From: Lama guanicoe
Lineage: Eukaryota
Direction of reading: 5' to 3'
NCBI GenBank assembly: GCA_013239625.1
Contig: MU056050.1
Location: 2,528,084-2,592,083 of the forward strand
DNA: 64,000 bases
Positions 38,651-52,301 of this stretch are shown one piece after another. The first letter of the stretch is position 1, and every line of letters starts with the position of its first letter. Both the position numbers and the translations under genes were made by a program. Below the pieces are notes generated by a model. It saw only the letters and a list, made by a program, of their open reading frames with translations. It had not been told where the DNA came from and ran no database searches.

Positions 38651-41599
38651 TAGAGATTTCTTTGGGCATGAAAGTGATTTAAATTACTTTAAATTGCTGC
38701 ATTCTTGGAGTTTATTTTTGCTCTTTTGGAGGAGTTTTTATTGGTATGGGGTTGATAGTGAAAGGCAAGATACAGTATTTTTTTTAAAACCCAGTAGAGT
38801 TTCCAGTTGGCTTTTTTCAAGTGACTTGAGTGATTATATATATGTCTTAATGTTGAAAAGCAACTTCTCTGAGGTTCTCTTAAATGAAAACAGAGAAAAC
38901 TCCAAGATAACTACTTTTAGTGTTTACATCTGTGTTTGTTTTCCTTACATTATTCAGGCTCCTTTTATGGTTTTTTTAAGAAGGAAATGTGAATTGTATG
39001 ATGTTTCATGGGGGCTCTTACATGAAAAATTTCTTCTAAGAAAGCTGAAAGAGAAACAGTTGTGACTAAGGAGAAGTGGTACTAGAAAAAGAAAGAAAAA
39101 GATCGAGTTAGAGACTTATGCAAAGTTAAACTGATTCTGTAACAAAATTTGAAAGTTAAGTCTTAACAGAGATTGATGTGTCATTTCATAAAATTCATAG
39201 TTGTCTTTTATTTTTGGTGAGTTTTGTAGTTTCTTTGTGTTGCTGGCCTATTCATGTTTGTGGTACTCCCCCACCCTCCAAAAATGATTGCTGTAGGTGA
39301 ATTCAAACATTTGGAGAAATGATTTCAGCATAATCGCAGATTTACTGTTTTATAAACTAATATTTTTTCCCCCTCTTTTTTTCTTTTAGTGGAAGGTGGT
39401 AAAGTAGTAGAGAGCTGATCTTAAGCAGACGTTGAGTTTTGTTTCCATACTTGGCTATTTTAATATTTCATTGAGGAATTTGTGTTTTTCTTCCACCTGG
39501 GTTTCACTTGGAAATTTTGTTGGTGTCACTATTTTATGAACAACTGAGTTTATTAGGTAGGTCTATTCAACTTTTAAAGGCATTTATTTAGTTCATTAAA
39601 ACCATCATGAAGTTGGAAGGGGCAGGGAGAGGGGGGAGACACTGCATTTCTGACAAGATGAAGGAATTTGTGGGTCGCATAGTGACTAGTAAACAAAATG
39701 TTACCTTGTGGGTTTGATTTATTATATGGAAGTAATACAGTTTTTTTTTTTAAAGAAGCTATTGCTGAGTTTTAATCTGGGGCCCATGGATAGGGTGGAG
39801 GTGTGAAAACCCTATGAAATTTTGTACAAAATGTGTAACTGCCTTGTTTTCAGAAGGCTTCATTCATTGTAATATCAGCTGATTCTTAAAGTGCTTTTGG
39901 AGAAGGGATATAATAACAATGGTAAACTACATAGTTGTTACCCCTCAGTTAACACTGTCAGTTGGATTTTATCACCCTAACAGGGCTAAAAATAACACTT
40001 TTTGAAAACATGTACTGTGATTACTATTTGTTAAAGAATATTAAGCTGAAACCGATAGCCATCAATGCAGTTTTGATACAGTGTTCTTAATTTAAGATTA
40101 GTGACAAGTATTTAAAAGTAAGGACTACTCTGAAAAGTTTGAGGGGAAAATAACAATTGTGGACTGTTGATGTAGCCTTGGAATGCTTCAGTCTTTGTTG
40201 GTTGTTAACAGACTAAAGTTAAAAAGCCCGTGATCGTCCTTTATAACCAGTTACTGTCATCTAAAAGTTGAGACCTTCTTAGTGATACTGTGCTTCTGTC
40301 TGAAAGAAAAAGGGGCAATCAACAATCACTCCTGTTACATGGGACTATTGTGTGTTTTTCTTTCTTTCAAATTCTAAATGATTGCTTTTAAATAGGAATT
40401 TAAATTTATTCATGCTTGTGTTTTACTTTTTGACTGGATTCTTTGTTGCAGTGTTAGCTTGAAATGTCCTTGTAGCAGTATACGATACTCATTAAATTCA
40501 TTCTCTACGTATATATGAAGATTCAGGTTTGGTATATTTAAAGTAGTGTTTCCATTTCAGGATTGGAATATATGATATCTTTTTTTATTGGATGTCTAGC
40601 CTTTTTCTCTTTTCAAAAGCAAGAATTTTTCCATACTCACCAATGTATCTCCTGTCTTGTACCTAATTTGCAAACTTTATGGTGACTAGAATGTTACTAC
40701 AAAGAACACATTTAATACCCTCTTACTAAAATAGGTCTTTTTTTAATGGTTTAAGGAAGTAGTATTAAAGATAGTTAGGGACATGAACCTTTGAGAATTT
40801 CCCTTCTATGCAAAAGAAGTAGAGAAAATGTAGGAAATATTAGCAAAGCAGTAATATTTTTCCTTTGGGAGATGTCCCTCCCTGTTTCCACCATGCATTC
40901 AAGCCAAAAGACATTCCTCAGACTGTTCCTGGCAGGAGAATTGAGGAAGTGGTGGTAGCCATGGCTGGCAGGGAAGCAGAAGCTTGAAGGTATGTTTTTG
41001 AAAAGCAAATTTGTCAATGACAAATGGATTTTTTTGAGTTTTGATTACATATCAATGCATAAAATACTACTATTCATTGAGGAATATTTAGTAGTTGCAT
41101 TCATATTTGGATATTCTAAGTATACTTGAAAAATTTCAGAGGGATTATTTGGACAATACAGGATTATATTAGAAAAGATCATTTAGTAGGGAATTAGTTC
41201 CTAAACCTTTGAAGTTAGACCGAAGCAGTTATCCATGTTGCTGTAGAAAAATAGCAAACCTAACATGTGAGGTAATTATTTGTGTGTATAAATACGTAGT
41301 GTTTATATGTACAATATTGGTGAATATCCCCATTTTTATCTTTTGACCAGATTAACTTTCTCAGGCAAGGAATTATGTTTTTATCTGATTTTGAATCCTT
41401 ATTTCATTGTGTTATATGTATTATGCAGATTCTCAAATGGTAATTAAAATCTTAGGTTTTCTAGAAATGTAACCCTGCCTTATAATTACATTATTAATAT
41501 TCATCTTAAAGAGCTATATGTTGGAAGAGAAGTGGTCAGTTAGTTTCCTCTGGTTGGCTTTGCACTAATGATAAAGTGTGTATCAACAGGGTATAATTT

Positions 41600-41810
41600 A
41601 CAGGATCTACTACATGGCAAAGCTCCCTAACATTTAATTTTTATTTCTTAAAACAACCATGTGAGGTAGTTGGTATTTTCATTTACTGAGATTCAATATG
41701 GTTAAGTGACTTGCCCAAGTTCATTCAGCTAGTAAGTGGCAGAGCCTACTTTTCAATCCAATTTCTGCCTAATTCCAGCACACTTCTTTACACAGTGATA
41801 TACTGCCTCC
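41600..41810 (-). mobile_element. MIR SINE
   Basis: aacaaccatgtgaggtag...ggttaagtgacttgcccaagttcattcagctagtaagtggcagagc. Confidence 0.75.
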
Positions 41811-42429
41811 CAGTGGGATGATTTATAGGTTTGTAGTGATAACTTTTTTGGGAGAATGAGTAAAAAGGGGCAGGAATCCTAAATTGACTGAGAAAGTGAA
41901 ACTTCTCAAAGTAGTCAGAAAACTTTTGGAAATTAAGTAGGAGAAAGGCTTATTTTCTACCAAGAACTGATAGAGAATAAATTATTCTCAACCTGAAGTT
42001 ACATGTGATATATTTGTATTTTATAATCATCAAATAACACCTGGAAAAGGGTTGGATGGGGGAAGATGATAAAGTTTCTTGTATTGAATTTGTTTTAATC
42101 CTCAGTAAAGTGACACCTGAATTTTAAGGAATTAAACTTCTTATAAAATAAACTATGAAACAAAATACTATACAAAGCATTGCTGGCATATATCTCACTA
42201 GCAGTTTTCCTACTAAAGGACAATAATACTGAAAGGAACAGTCTGTTCAGGTAAATTGTTCTCAATCCAAGCAACATTATGATGCCACTTTCGTGTTCTT
42301 CTGTTTTTTCATTTTTCTCCAGCATCCCTTTTCTGTTGCTTTTCCATCTTCAGTATCTTTGCAATTTCTAAAATTATCCATGGGATGTAGAAACATTTTG
42401 ATGGTGATTTCCTTTTTGCACTTCTATGC

Positions 42430-42690
42430 TATTACTAATAACACTGTGTAACTATATGCTAGGCACTGAAATAGAGATGATTTCAAAAATAAACCCATTT
42501 TATCCACCCAATAGCCCTGTGAGGTGGATACTGTTATCTCCTGTTACCTATGAGAAAACAGAGGTGCAAAGCAAAAAGATTAAATTACTCAAGAACGCAT
42601 ATCTAGGAAAGTGATGGAGACTTGATGTGAATCCAAGCAATCTGATTGTAGAGTCTGTGTTCTTAGTGCCACAGCAACATACTGCTGATT
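42430..42690 (-). mobile_element. MIR SINE
   Basis: ctatatgctaggcactg...ccctgtgaggtgg...tgagaaaacagaggt. Confidence 0.7.
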
Positions 42691-43114
42691 GTTGACATTA
42701 ATGTGAATGATTTCCTCATCCTGCCAGTGTATTTGTTTTAAGCCTTCTCTTTAATTATGGAGTATGTTTGTTCATCTTAATAGGAATTTTAGAAGTCAAC
42801 AGAGGATTGGGTTAATTTCTGATTCTCAGGTTTCCTAGCTATAAAATGGGTATGATTCCACCTACATTTTGTGTTATTATGGCAATTAGATAACAGTACT
42901 TTTTCTGAGTGTTTATCTGTGTGCCAGACAATATGTTGAGGGTTTTGCTGGCATGATAGGCCCCCAGATAACTTAGTATTCTCATTTATTGAGTACATTC
43001 TATGTATCAGATACTTGATATAATATACTACTTTTACATCTTACATGATATGGGGGATATTGTACCCATTTTACAGAAAACTGAGGCGTAAAGAAATTTA
43101 GTAGTTTGCCCAAA

Positions 43115-43475
43115 TACGTTCTCACCTCATGGCCTTTGTATTTGCTGGTCCCCTGTCTGGTTCCTCAGTTCTTCAGGACATTTTGCTCAAGTAATTAGCA
43201 TTTCAGTGAAATATTCTTTGGCCATGTCATGTAAAATAATATCCTTTGCCCCCAGCACTCCCTTTTCTCCTTATTCTGCTTTATTTCTCTGCATGGCTCT
43301 TTTCACCATCAAACATAGTTTTATGTGCGTTGTCTCTTTCCCCACACTAGAATGTAAACTCTGAGGTAAACTCAGTAAGGGCAAGAACATCTGTCTGTCT
43401 TGTTCGTTGTCTTAACCCCAGCACCCAGAACAGTGGTTGGGACATGATAGGTTGTATAATATTTGAGTGGATGCA
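43115..43475 (+). mobile_element. L2 3' fragment
   Basis: cctcatggcctttgtatttgctg...ctagaatgtaaactc...ccccagcacccagaacagtg. Confidence 0.7.
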
Positions 43476-43543
43476 TTATGTGGTATCCTGAGATTCACTA
43501 AGCTTACTTGCAAGCTGATCCTGAATTAAACTGATTTAATCTT

Positions 43544-43650
43544 TTAGGGGGCAATTTTATTTATTTTTTTTAACAGAGGTACAGGGGCTTGAACCCAGGA
43601 CCTCATTCGTGCTAAGCATGCACTCTCCCATTGAGCTATGCCCTCCCCTC
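43544..43650 (-). mobile_element. Camelid tRNA-derived SINE
   Basis: Reverse A/B boxes; perfect 17-bp TSD taaactgatttaatctt (43527-43543 / 43651-43667). Confidence 0.9.
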
Positions 43651-45229
43651 TAAACTGATTTAATCTTAGTGAACCAAGATGGACATTTCCTAGAACAGAG
43701 AAGTGCTGAGGATTGTGCTTGGGCTTGTTTTCCGATGGGAGTAGGGAGGCATTTCAGTCTGACGCTGTAGTTTTTAGAAGCCTATTCTCATGAATTGCCT
43801 TGAATTCCAGGAGTATTGCCTCCTCAGCTTCTAGGTTCTGTGAAGCCTTTTATCTCTTCGTAGAAGTCTGCTATCCAGCTTCTTCTTACTGTCTTAACTT
43901 TGAACCCCTCATTTTGCCTAAAGATCTGTTCATTGACCATTTATAGTGTATTTGTGATGTGCACAGTGTGGAGCTAGATGTGAAGCAGGGAATTGGCTTC
44001 ATACAGGAGGATTCCTAGCTTTGCCATAATTTAGAAGGTAATACATATACAACCTATGTACATACACACATATGTTAAAAAACTGCTGTGTATTGAAACT
44101 GTAAGTAATTATTTTAGTTAATGTTTTGATAGCACATAAAGTCTTTTTCTGATGTCCTGGAATTAATACCTTTCTTTCTAATTCTAAAATTTCTTGGAAT
44201 AATGTCTGTAGTTAGAACACAGTAGTGATAATATTGTACTATGCTCTTGCATTTAAAAGGTAGATGATTTTTGAAAAAAAGAGAAGTTGTATTTTAGATA
44301 CATCAGCCTTAAGCTGATGTGTAATTGAAGGTCAGCAGGTCTAAGAATTCAGGAGATAGATCTTAGGGATCCCTATGTACACTATGCAGTGTACATAGGC
44401 CTTTAGAGGGAAGAAGTTATATGTAAAGAGGACTAGAGGGACAGGAGTGAAAATCTTATTAATTGGGCAGGAGGAAGTAGGACCATTGATAGAATGGTCA
44501 GGGATATAGGAGAAAATCTAGGAAAATACAGCATAAAATCCATAAGCATCTCAAATTTGAAAAGAATCCAGAGGGTCTCCCATTTGGGAGATGCTTTTAA
44601 ATTGTATACAGTATAAAAACTATTGTTTCAATTATGTCAAATTGAAATTATCTTTAAAGCTGATATAATCAATGATTGTCCTTACTGTAGATTATTTTCT
44701 TTGTGGTATCTCTTGGGAGTTGGGTTCTTCTTCCACACTGGGTCCCAGGTTACCAGACTAAGCTGGGAAATGATCTGGGACAAGAAGGAGGGTATATCTG
44801 GTTTATTGCATTCTGAAAAGTCAACTAAAATTTTATTGAAATTATTTTGTATGGAGCATTTATATTAGCGTTGGTAATCAAAGAATTGATTGTACTTAAA
44901 CATGTGAGTGGTATTAGATTGATATACTGCAATTTGATGTCCTCTTCAAAATAGCTATGAAAATTATGATTGGATTAACTGGAGGAAAAGCTTTTTTTGC
45001 CCCCCTTTTTCCCTCTGTACTTTCATGTGAAATAAGTGTGTAGGCAACCACTTCACTTGTTCTTCAAGTTTGTGGAAAACTATCTTGGGTAGAAATAATG
45101 CCAGATATGACTGTCTTATAAAATTTTGTCACTTTTCTGCTTCTTGGGATAATGTTTCAAAGAGAAATTACTGTTATCAATCTGAAAAACCACTCATAAT
45201 TCTACTACTTTCTTCATTCCAAGACTTCA

Positions 45230-45762
45230 ATTTTTTTTATTTTGGTAAAATATACATAGCATTTTACCATTTTCAGTATACAGTTTAATGGCATTAAGTA
45301 CATTCACATTGTTGTCCAGACATCACCAACATCCATCTCCAGAACTTTTCCATCATTCCATAATGAAACTGTACTCATTAAATAGCTCCCTATATCCCCT
45401 CCACTCTCAAACCATCCCTGGTAACCAGTGTTCTACTTTGTGTTTCTACCTTTGTGACTAGGTACCTCATATAGGAGGAAGCATAGATATTTATCCTTTT
45501 GTGACTGGCTTATTTCACCTAGCATAATGTTTTCAAGGTTCATTTGTGTTTAGCATGTGTTAGAATTTCCTTCCCTTTTAAGGCTGAATAGTATTCCATT
45601 TCTGTATATATACCGTTTTGTTTGTTCATCCATGATGGACAGTTGGATTGCTTTCACCTTTTGGCTGTTGTGAATAATGCTGCCACAGACATGGTGTACA
45701 GATATGTATTTGAGTCTCGACTTTAAAGTCTTTTGTGTATGTACCCAGAAGTAGAATTGCTG
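45230..45762 (-). mobile_element. L1MA/MB 3' fragment
   Basis: gcattaagtacattcacattgttg...catccatctccagaac...ttttaaggctgaatagtattcc...cccagaagtagaattgctg. Confidence 0.85.
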
Positions 45763-45764
45763 CA

Positions 45765-45945
45765 CAAATATTTGAGTGTCTAGTTTGTGGCAGGCACTGT
45801 GCTAAGCACTGGGGATATCAATGAACAAGGCAGACCTGGTCCCTGCCCTCAGAATTTACAGTCTAGTAGGGAAAAAAGATATTAAATAAACAGTTACAAT
45901 AACTTTGGCAAGTGTTACAAAAAGGCAAGTACAGAGTGCCCTGTG
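45765..45945 (-). mobile_element. L2 3' end
   Basis: caggcactgtgctaagcactggggatatc...ggtccctgccctca. Confidence 0.7.
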
Positions 45946-46151
45946 TATATTTTATATAGTTGTAATAATGTATATATTGTTAAAGTAAAAAGAACACAAA
46001 ACATCAAATGCTTTTCATATTCTAATATCCCCTGCAGCATTTCCCTCCCCACCTATTACCACAGGGAAATCTGTTTTTTTTTTCCCACCAACATTTAAAA
46101 ATTTGATGCGTCTGGAATTTTTTTTTTGACAGTGATGTAGTGTAGGGCTAT

Positions 46152-46930
46152 TGTGATACTGTGATTTATAACCAATATATATTTGGTTTTTGTCCCCATT
46201 TCTGGCACAGAGCTCCAAAAACTTTTGGAATTTTCTGAATGTTGAGAGGTATCTTTTGTTATGTTAGTAAGGTGACTTTTGGAAAGCCCCTTAGGGTGGG
46301 GGCTGCTTGGTTGCCAGTGGCACCTACTGCGTAATTAGAGGGTTGGAACTTTCAGTCCCTCCTAGTTCCCCACCTCTGGGGAGTGGGGGGGGGCTGGGCC
46401 TGGAGCGCAATCACCAGTGGCCAATGATTTAATCACTCACAAAGCCTCCAGAAAACCCCAAAAGGAAAGGGTTCAAATAGCTTCTGTTTGGTGAGCATGT
46501 GGAGATTTGTGGGGAATGGCAACCTCTGAGAGGGCTTGGAAGCTTCCTGCCCTTTCCCTATCCCTTGCCCTTTATCTCTCTCATCTGGCTGTTCCTGAGT
46601 TACATCCTTTTACAATAAACTAGCGATCTAATAAATAAAATGTTTCTCTGGGTTTTGTGAGCTGCTGTGGCAAATTAATTGAACCTAACGAGGGATTCTC
46701 TGAAATCTCAGCTTTATAGCCAGTCAGAAGGACAGATAACAACCTGGACTTAAAACTGCCCACTGAACCCTTAACCTGTGGAGACTGATACTGTCTCTGG
46801 GTAGATAGTGTCAGAAATAAGTTGAGTTGTAGAACACCCAGCTGGTGTCTGTAGAATTACTTGGTGCTGTATGAGACATGCCACCCGCCCCTGGGCTGCA
46901 ACACGACATTGGAGTTGGATCTCAGAACCA
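46152..46930 (+). mobile_element. ERVL solo LTR (MER21 family)
   Basis: tgtgatactgtg...atatatatttggtttttgtcccc...ggcacagagctcc; internal aataaa; gatactgtctctgggtagatagtgtcagaa. Confidence 0.8.
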
Positions 46931-48259
46931 ATTTAGCTTATACACACTTTTGTCTTTTGTGTGTGTGTGTGCGTGCACCATACCATGAACTACCTAATAA
47001 TTTTCCTTGCCATGTATTTGTCTCTTTCCTTCTCTTATTTTATGTGGCACAGCTTCTGTGAGTAACTTTTCTCCCCATCTACTTATGTCCTGCCGTGGGA
47101 TTATGCCGTCAATCAATGTGAATTTTTTAAAGCTCCTTGTAACTGAGGGTGTGTTGTTTTCCAATAGGGTTTTACCCACCTTACAGTCCCACCATTGCTG
47201 TCATATATGGTAACCACATTATCCCTGTTTTGGAGATGTTATTTTAAGAAGTTTTGCCAGTGGTAGCTCAGATTCCTTTAATTTGTGTTTCTTTGATTAC
47301 TAGCTAGAGTGAACATTTCTAAAAATGTTCTAACATTTTTGAGCAAAGTATTTTGAATGTCACAGATGACACTTAAGTTTAACATGAGGGCCTTTTAATT
47401 ACGAGTATACAGTAGATTTCTGGTTAATTACTGGTAGTGATGGGTTTTAGTATTAAGTAGATATATCTAATTATTTTAAATTGAATTTGTGTATTATTTT
47501 GTAATGTCTGTTCACTTTATTCGTGGTGTTAGTTCACTTCAATTTGCAAACAGCTGTTGCTTAGGAAACCTGCAATAATCTATCCATCCACTTGTCTAGC
47601 CCAGTAGTGCTAAGTTGCATTCAGCGGACAGTTTGTGGATGAGCTGTGCTCAAGTGTTTTACAAATAGAGTATGAGAGAACCAATGGGAAAAGCACAGAT
47701 TTTTTTTTCTCACTGCAGTGTAATCTTTTTAGCAATGAAGCCTACAGTGAAATTAAATTTTTATTAGCAGTTCAGCTTGTTTCTTGATAATAGTGATTAT
47801 TTTTAGTCATGAGCAGGGTAGATAGAGTGAAATTGGCTGTTCCACATCATTCTTTCAAAAAAAATAATTGCATGACTGCATTTATTGTTATGCCATGTAG
47901 TAGTCCATAGACTACTTCTAGATGGGAAGCTCATAGACTTCCCCTGTTGAGAATTTGTCAGTGCCAAGGCATTGTGAAACCTATGGAAAAAGATACCCTT
48001 CTTTAGATATCCGAGAATGTTCAGGGGTCTCTAACTTTTGAGTGATTAAGTATACACTAGGAGCTTCGTAGTGAAAAATTTCAGGTCTGGGGATAGACGT
48101 TCAAGGCAAGTGGAAATATGGAATAGTTAATTTTCAAGCATTCTTTTCGGATTAGCACTTACTTTAGTTGGGAACATAAAATGTATTCCTTATAGCTTTA
48201 GTTAAAATGATCATGCATGTTACATTAGGTTTAAATGTAGTGAATGGATCCTTGGTCCC

Positions 48260-48455
48260 CTCTGAACACTATCACCTTGTTTTATTTTCTTGGTAGCTTT
48301 TGCCACTGCTTGGTATTTTCTTTGTAGTCTCTTCCTCCTGCTAGAATTTAATTACCATGAGAGCAAGGACTTTACCATTTAATGCTATAACTTTGGTGTC
48401 TCTAACAGTGCCTGGTACATAGTAAGTCCTCAAGAAATACTTGAATGAATGAAAT
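48260..48455 (+). mobile_element. L2 3' end
   Basis: ctagaatttaattaccatgagagcaaggac...aacagtgcctggtacatagtaag...tgaatgaatgaa. Confidence 0.7.
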
Positions 48456-49586
48456 ATTCAGTAATTTATCTGGATACTGATTGAAATATTCAGAAATTAA
48501 TTCAGCCCTACTTGTGAATGTAACTAAACTTCTGAACTTATGAAATGGCTGTTTTTGTCTTTTGTTTTTTAAATCAGTTTGAGAAGTGGAAAAAGATCTG
48601 AGGGGCTTGTCAATATTACTATAGAATACAAGACATTATTGGTATTATAAATTATAGGTAAGATACTACAGAATACAAGAAACTACAGGACCCAGTCTCC
48701 AAAGTTCATTAAATAAATCTTTTGCTGTGTGTAACTGTGTCTGAGCTCATTATCTGAGCTATGACTATTAGCATATTTTCTTATCAGTTTTATCTTCACA
48801 AGTTAAGACAAGCTTTTACTCAAGCATCTGATTCGGTGTATTTCTGAACTTTGACAAGTTTCTTTTACAAGTTGTGAAGTTAAGAAAACTGAAGCAGGTG
48901 AGAATAGAGTAGTTAGAAACTGTGTTGCTTTTTTTCCATCATCTTCTAGGAGGATTGGTAGAGGAGAGATTTTTTGCTTGTGCTGTGTTCTCCAGTGTTG
49001 AACCTATTACCTAATAACAAATTCTGAGTGTCCACTCGTTAATGTGTTTGTCAATGTAATGATAGTGATGATTCCATCATAGTTTCAGTGCATTGTAGAG
49101 TTTACATAGCATTTTCACTCTGTCCTCATAATAATCCTTCAGGGAGGGAGGTCTTTTGGTATTCATGCTATTTTACAAATGAGGAATTAGCCTTTCAGAT
49201 TTGCCAAACAACATGGCCCAAGGTCACACTACTAGAATTAGTAAAATGAACACTAGAACATACATTTTGTGTTTCCTGGTTCTATGTTCTTTAGAAGCAT
49301 AGAATTTTAGATCAGAAAGAAGCCTTAAAGACTCTGAACTCTACCTATCTATAGATATAGATACAAACATTACAAAGCTGATGTGCCACGATTCCAAACT
49401 AGGTCTCCTCCTCAGATGGATCTGTATTGTTTCTAATATCTTCTATGTCTTTGATATTGGATATGTGTATGCTACTGGATGAATTGGCTGGCTGATAACA
49501 AAGGTATTTGGGTTTCTTAATAGTTTTCTGATTCACGTCTCTATTTGTAATGGTGAATAGCTTTTAAAAACACTTAAATGTATTTT

Positions 49587-49810
49587 GAGGCAGCTTGTGA
49601 TAGTGGAAAGAACATAAACCTTAGAGCCAAGCAGATTTAAGTTGGAATCCTATGACTCCGTTCTTCATTAACTGTGTGACCTTGTAGAAATTACCTAACT
49701 TCTTTGTATTCTCTGTAAAACGGGCAGGATATCACCTACTTTGAAACAATCAAAGACACTGTAGTATGTCAGATTTCTGGCGTGTGTTATGTGCTCAATA
49801 ATGCTAACTT
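49587..49810 (+). mobile_element. MIR SINE
   Basis: atagtggaaagaaca...taactgtgtgaccttg...gtgctcaataatg. Confidence 0.7.
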
Positions 49811-52078
49811 TTACAGAATGTCACAGAGACAAAACTTACTTTACAGAATAGAAAGGAACAACTAAGATGAAAACATTTTTGGGAAAGCGTATGTAGCAAG
49901 TATGACCAAATGTTTTACATTACTTAACATTCATAAAAATTGATATGAACAATTATTATGATCTTAAATGTTAGTGGATATGAAGTTTTTAATATTATTA
50001 CTACTACCTATTGAGTCTTATTGAGTGCCTGGCACTAAGCTAAGTGCTTGATAAATTGATCATTTTAAATCATTAGGCAGTAACCATGCAAAGAATAGGT
50101 GTAAATGCCCTCAGTTTACAAATAGCAAAAAATTGTAGGCATGCACCTTGTCTTTAATCAGGAGCCCTAAAATAAATATTGATCTACTTGGATCTAATAA
50201 TAATAAAATAGGGAACAATTCAACATAAAATAGACACACAGGAAGCAGTGTTATTGTAATGAAATACTGGGGTCACTCTTAATGTCTAATAATGAGTAAG
50301 TAGGTTATAGTACATCACATGTGAAATTTCATGAAACTATAGGTATAGATTATGACTATTGCAGAAATGGTAGAAATTCATATAGAGATGAAAAATTATG
50401 TACAGTTACATCCATTGTGTGATTATAGTTTTGAAAATTTTACACCTAGTCATTCATGTGTGCACATATGGACAAAGACTGGGAGAAAAGTGAAAATAAG
50501 TAATTTATCAGGGTAGTGGATGCTATGTGATTGTTCTGAGTATTTTAAAGTTTAAAATTTCGTTTGTAATTCTGTGGGAGCCGAGGTGCTTCCTGTATAG
50601 TGTGCACTGGAAGACATTGCCCTTAAAACATTCAGGGGGTTTTACCTAGATGACATGATCCAGTATAATGTTTCTTATACTTAGGGAGCACTTTAGTAAT
50701 CTCAGCTATTGGCTTTTTATTCTTTTAGTAAACTCAGTACACATTATCTTTCAACCCATTGCATTTTACCATGGAATTTTAGTTTTCTTTTTCTTTTTTT
50801 CTTCTTGTTCTTGAACATCATGGCCACAACAAGTAGGCCTACATTTTATATAACTACTTTTGTACCTTAATGGATTTATTTGGGAATCTTCAAGCTCTTG
50901 ATGACATGGAAGAAGCATGCTTTAAGCCCCAGATATATGTCCCATTGCAGTATTGTGAGGGAAACCATCCATTGTAATCTTCTGTGCCCATTGCTTTTTG
51001 TGTAGCTTGTCTTGTCAATCAGTAAAGCAAATACTTTACTGCTCTCTGCCTTCGGAATTACTTCATGTATTTTATGGTTGATGTATTTTATGGTATGTGT
51101 GTTCTTTTCTGTTTCATTGCTTCCATAAAAAAAGGCTGGTTTAGGTGTTTGATTCCTTCTCTTTTTCTATTCATCTGTGAGTGCTACAAGAAACAGTGCA
51201 GCATTGATTCTTGAATTTCTCATTTATGCTCTGATTTTAAAAGAAGCTTGTTAGAATTTGCCTCGGTAAATGATATGATGATCTGGTAGTTTGAAAACTT
51301 ACCAGAATGCTGCTTTTTCAGTTGTTTCCAGTTGTGTTCCAGTTAAAGGTTTTGTTAAATTGATTCTCTGTGTATCTGTCTGTCTGTCTCTCTCATTTAT
51401 TTTAAAGTAATCTTCAGAAAGTTTGTCTGCAAGTGAAACCATTGAGAGTTCCCTGTACCATAACTCTTTGGAATATTTGCCTTTCTTGGGTTGTGTATTT
51501 TCCAGAAGCAGTATCTGGAAAACTTACGGACGCTGTAGCATGGTCCTTGTGTTTTCACAGGATTTTTTTAAATGTTTAGAACAAACTACTTCAAAAGAAG
51601 GGACTTTATGATCACTTGTATAAAAATAATAATCCCTACCCGTCATAAAAATTCAGTATAAAAGGGGTGTAAAGTGAAAAATTCCAGTCCCTTCATTCCC
51701 AGTTTTCGGAGATAACCACAGCTGATAGTTTCTTTGTATCCTAAAAATTTTCTAAGCATAGACAAATTGGATCATACTTACATGTATTGGTCTGTAACTT
51801 GTTCTTTTCATTTGATGATACTATTTTACATTTTATAATACCAGCACATTTCTTAGTAGTATATATTTTGTATTTATGAATCTAATCATCCCCATGCCTT
51901 TTAAACATGCAGAAGTTTTCTGGGCATATATGTAATTTAGTGTTTTTTTCTTCCAGAAGTGGTATTGTAATTATTTCTCTGTACTAAGTTAGCCTCGACA
52001 TTTTTTTTTGTTGTGTGAGAAGTTCATCAGGATGTGATTTAGGGCATATTTTATGTCAAAAAAATAAACTTTACTGTA

Positions 52079-52301
52079 CAGTTGTCCTTAGGTATCCGCA
52101 GGGAGTTGGTTCCAGGACTCACTGTGGATACTAAAATCGGTGGATGCTCAAATAGCATGGTCAGCCCTTTGTATCTGTGGTTCTGCTTCTGCAGATTCAG
52201 CCAACTGTGTATCATATAGTACTGAAGTATTTATTGACAAAAAATATCTGTGTATAAATGGACCTGCGTAGTTCAAACTTGTGTTGTTCAAGGGTCAACT
52301 G
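52079..52301. mobile_element. MER8-like TcMar-Tigger non-autonomous DNA transposon
   Basis: TA TSDs (52077-78, 52302-03); termini cagttgtcctt / agggtcaactg; internal ttggttccaggac and gttcaaacttgtgttgttcaagg. Confidence 0.85.

Noticed and set aside
38538..39065. 175-aa ORF
   Set aside because: Starts inside MER94/MIR remnants, has no recognisable domain and has intron-like composition.
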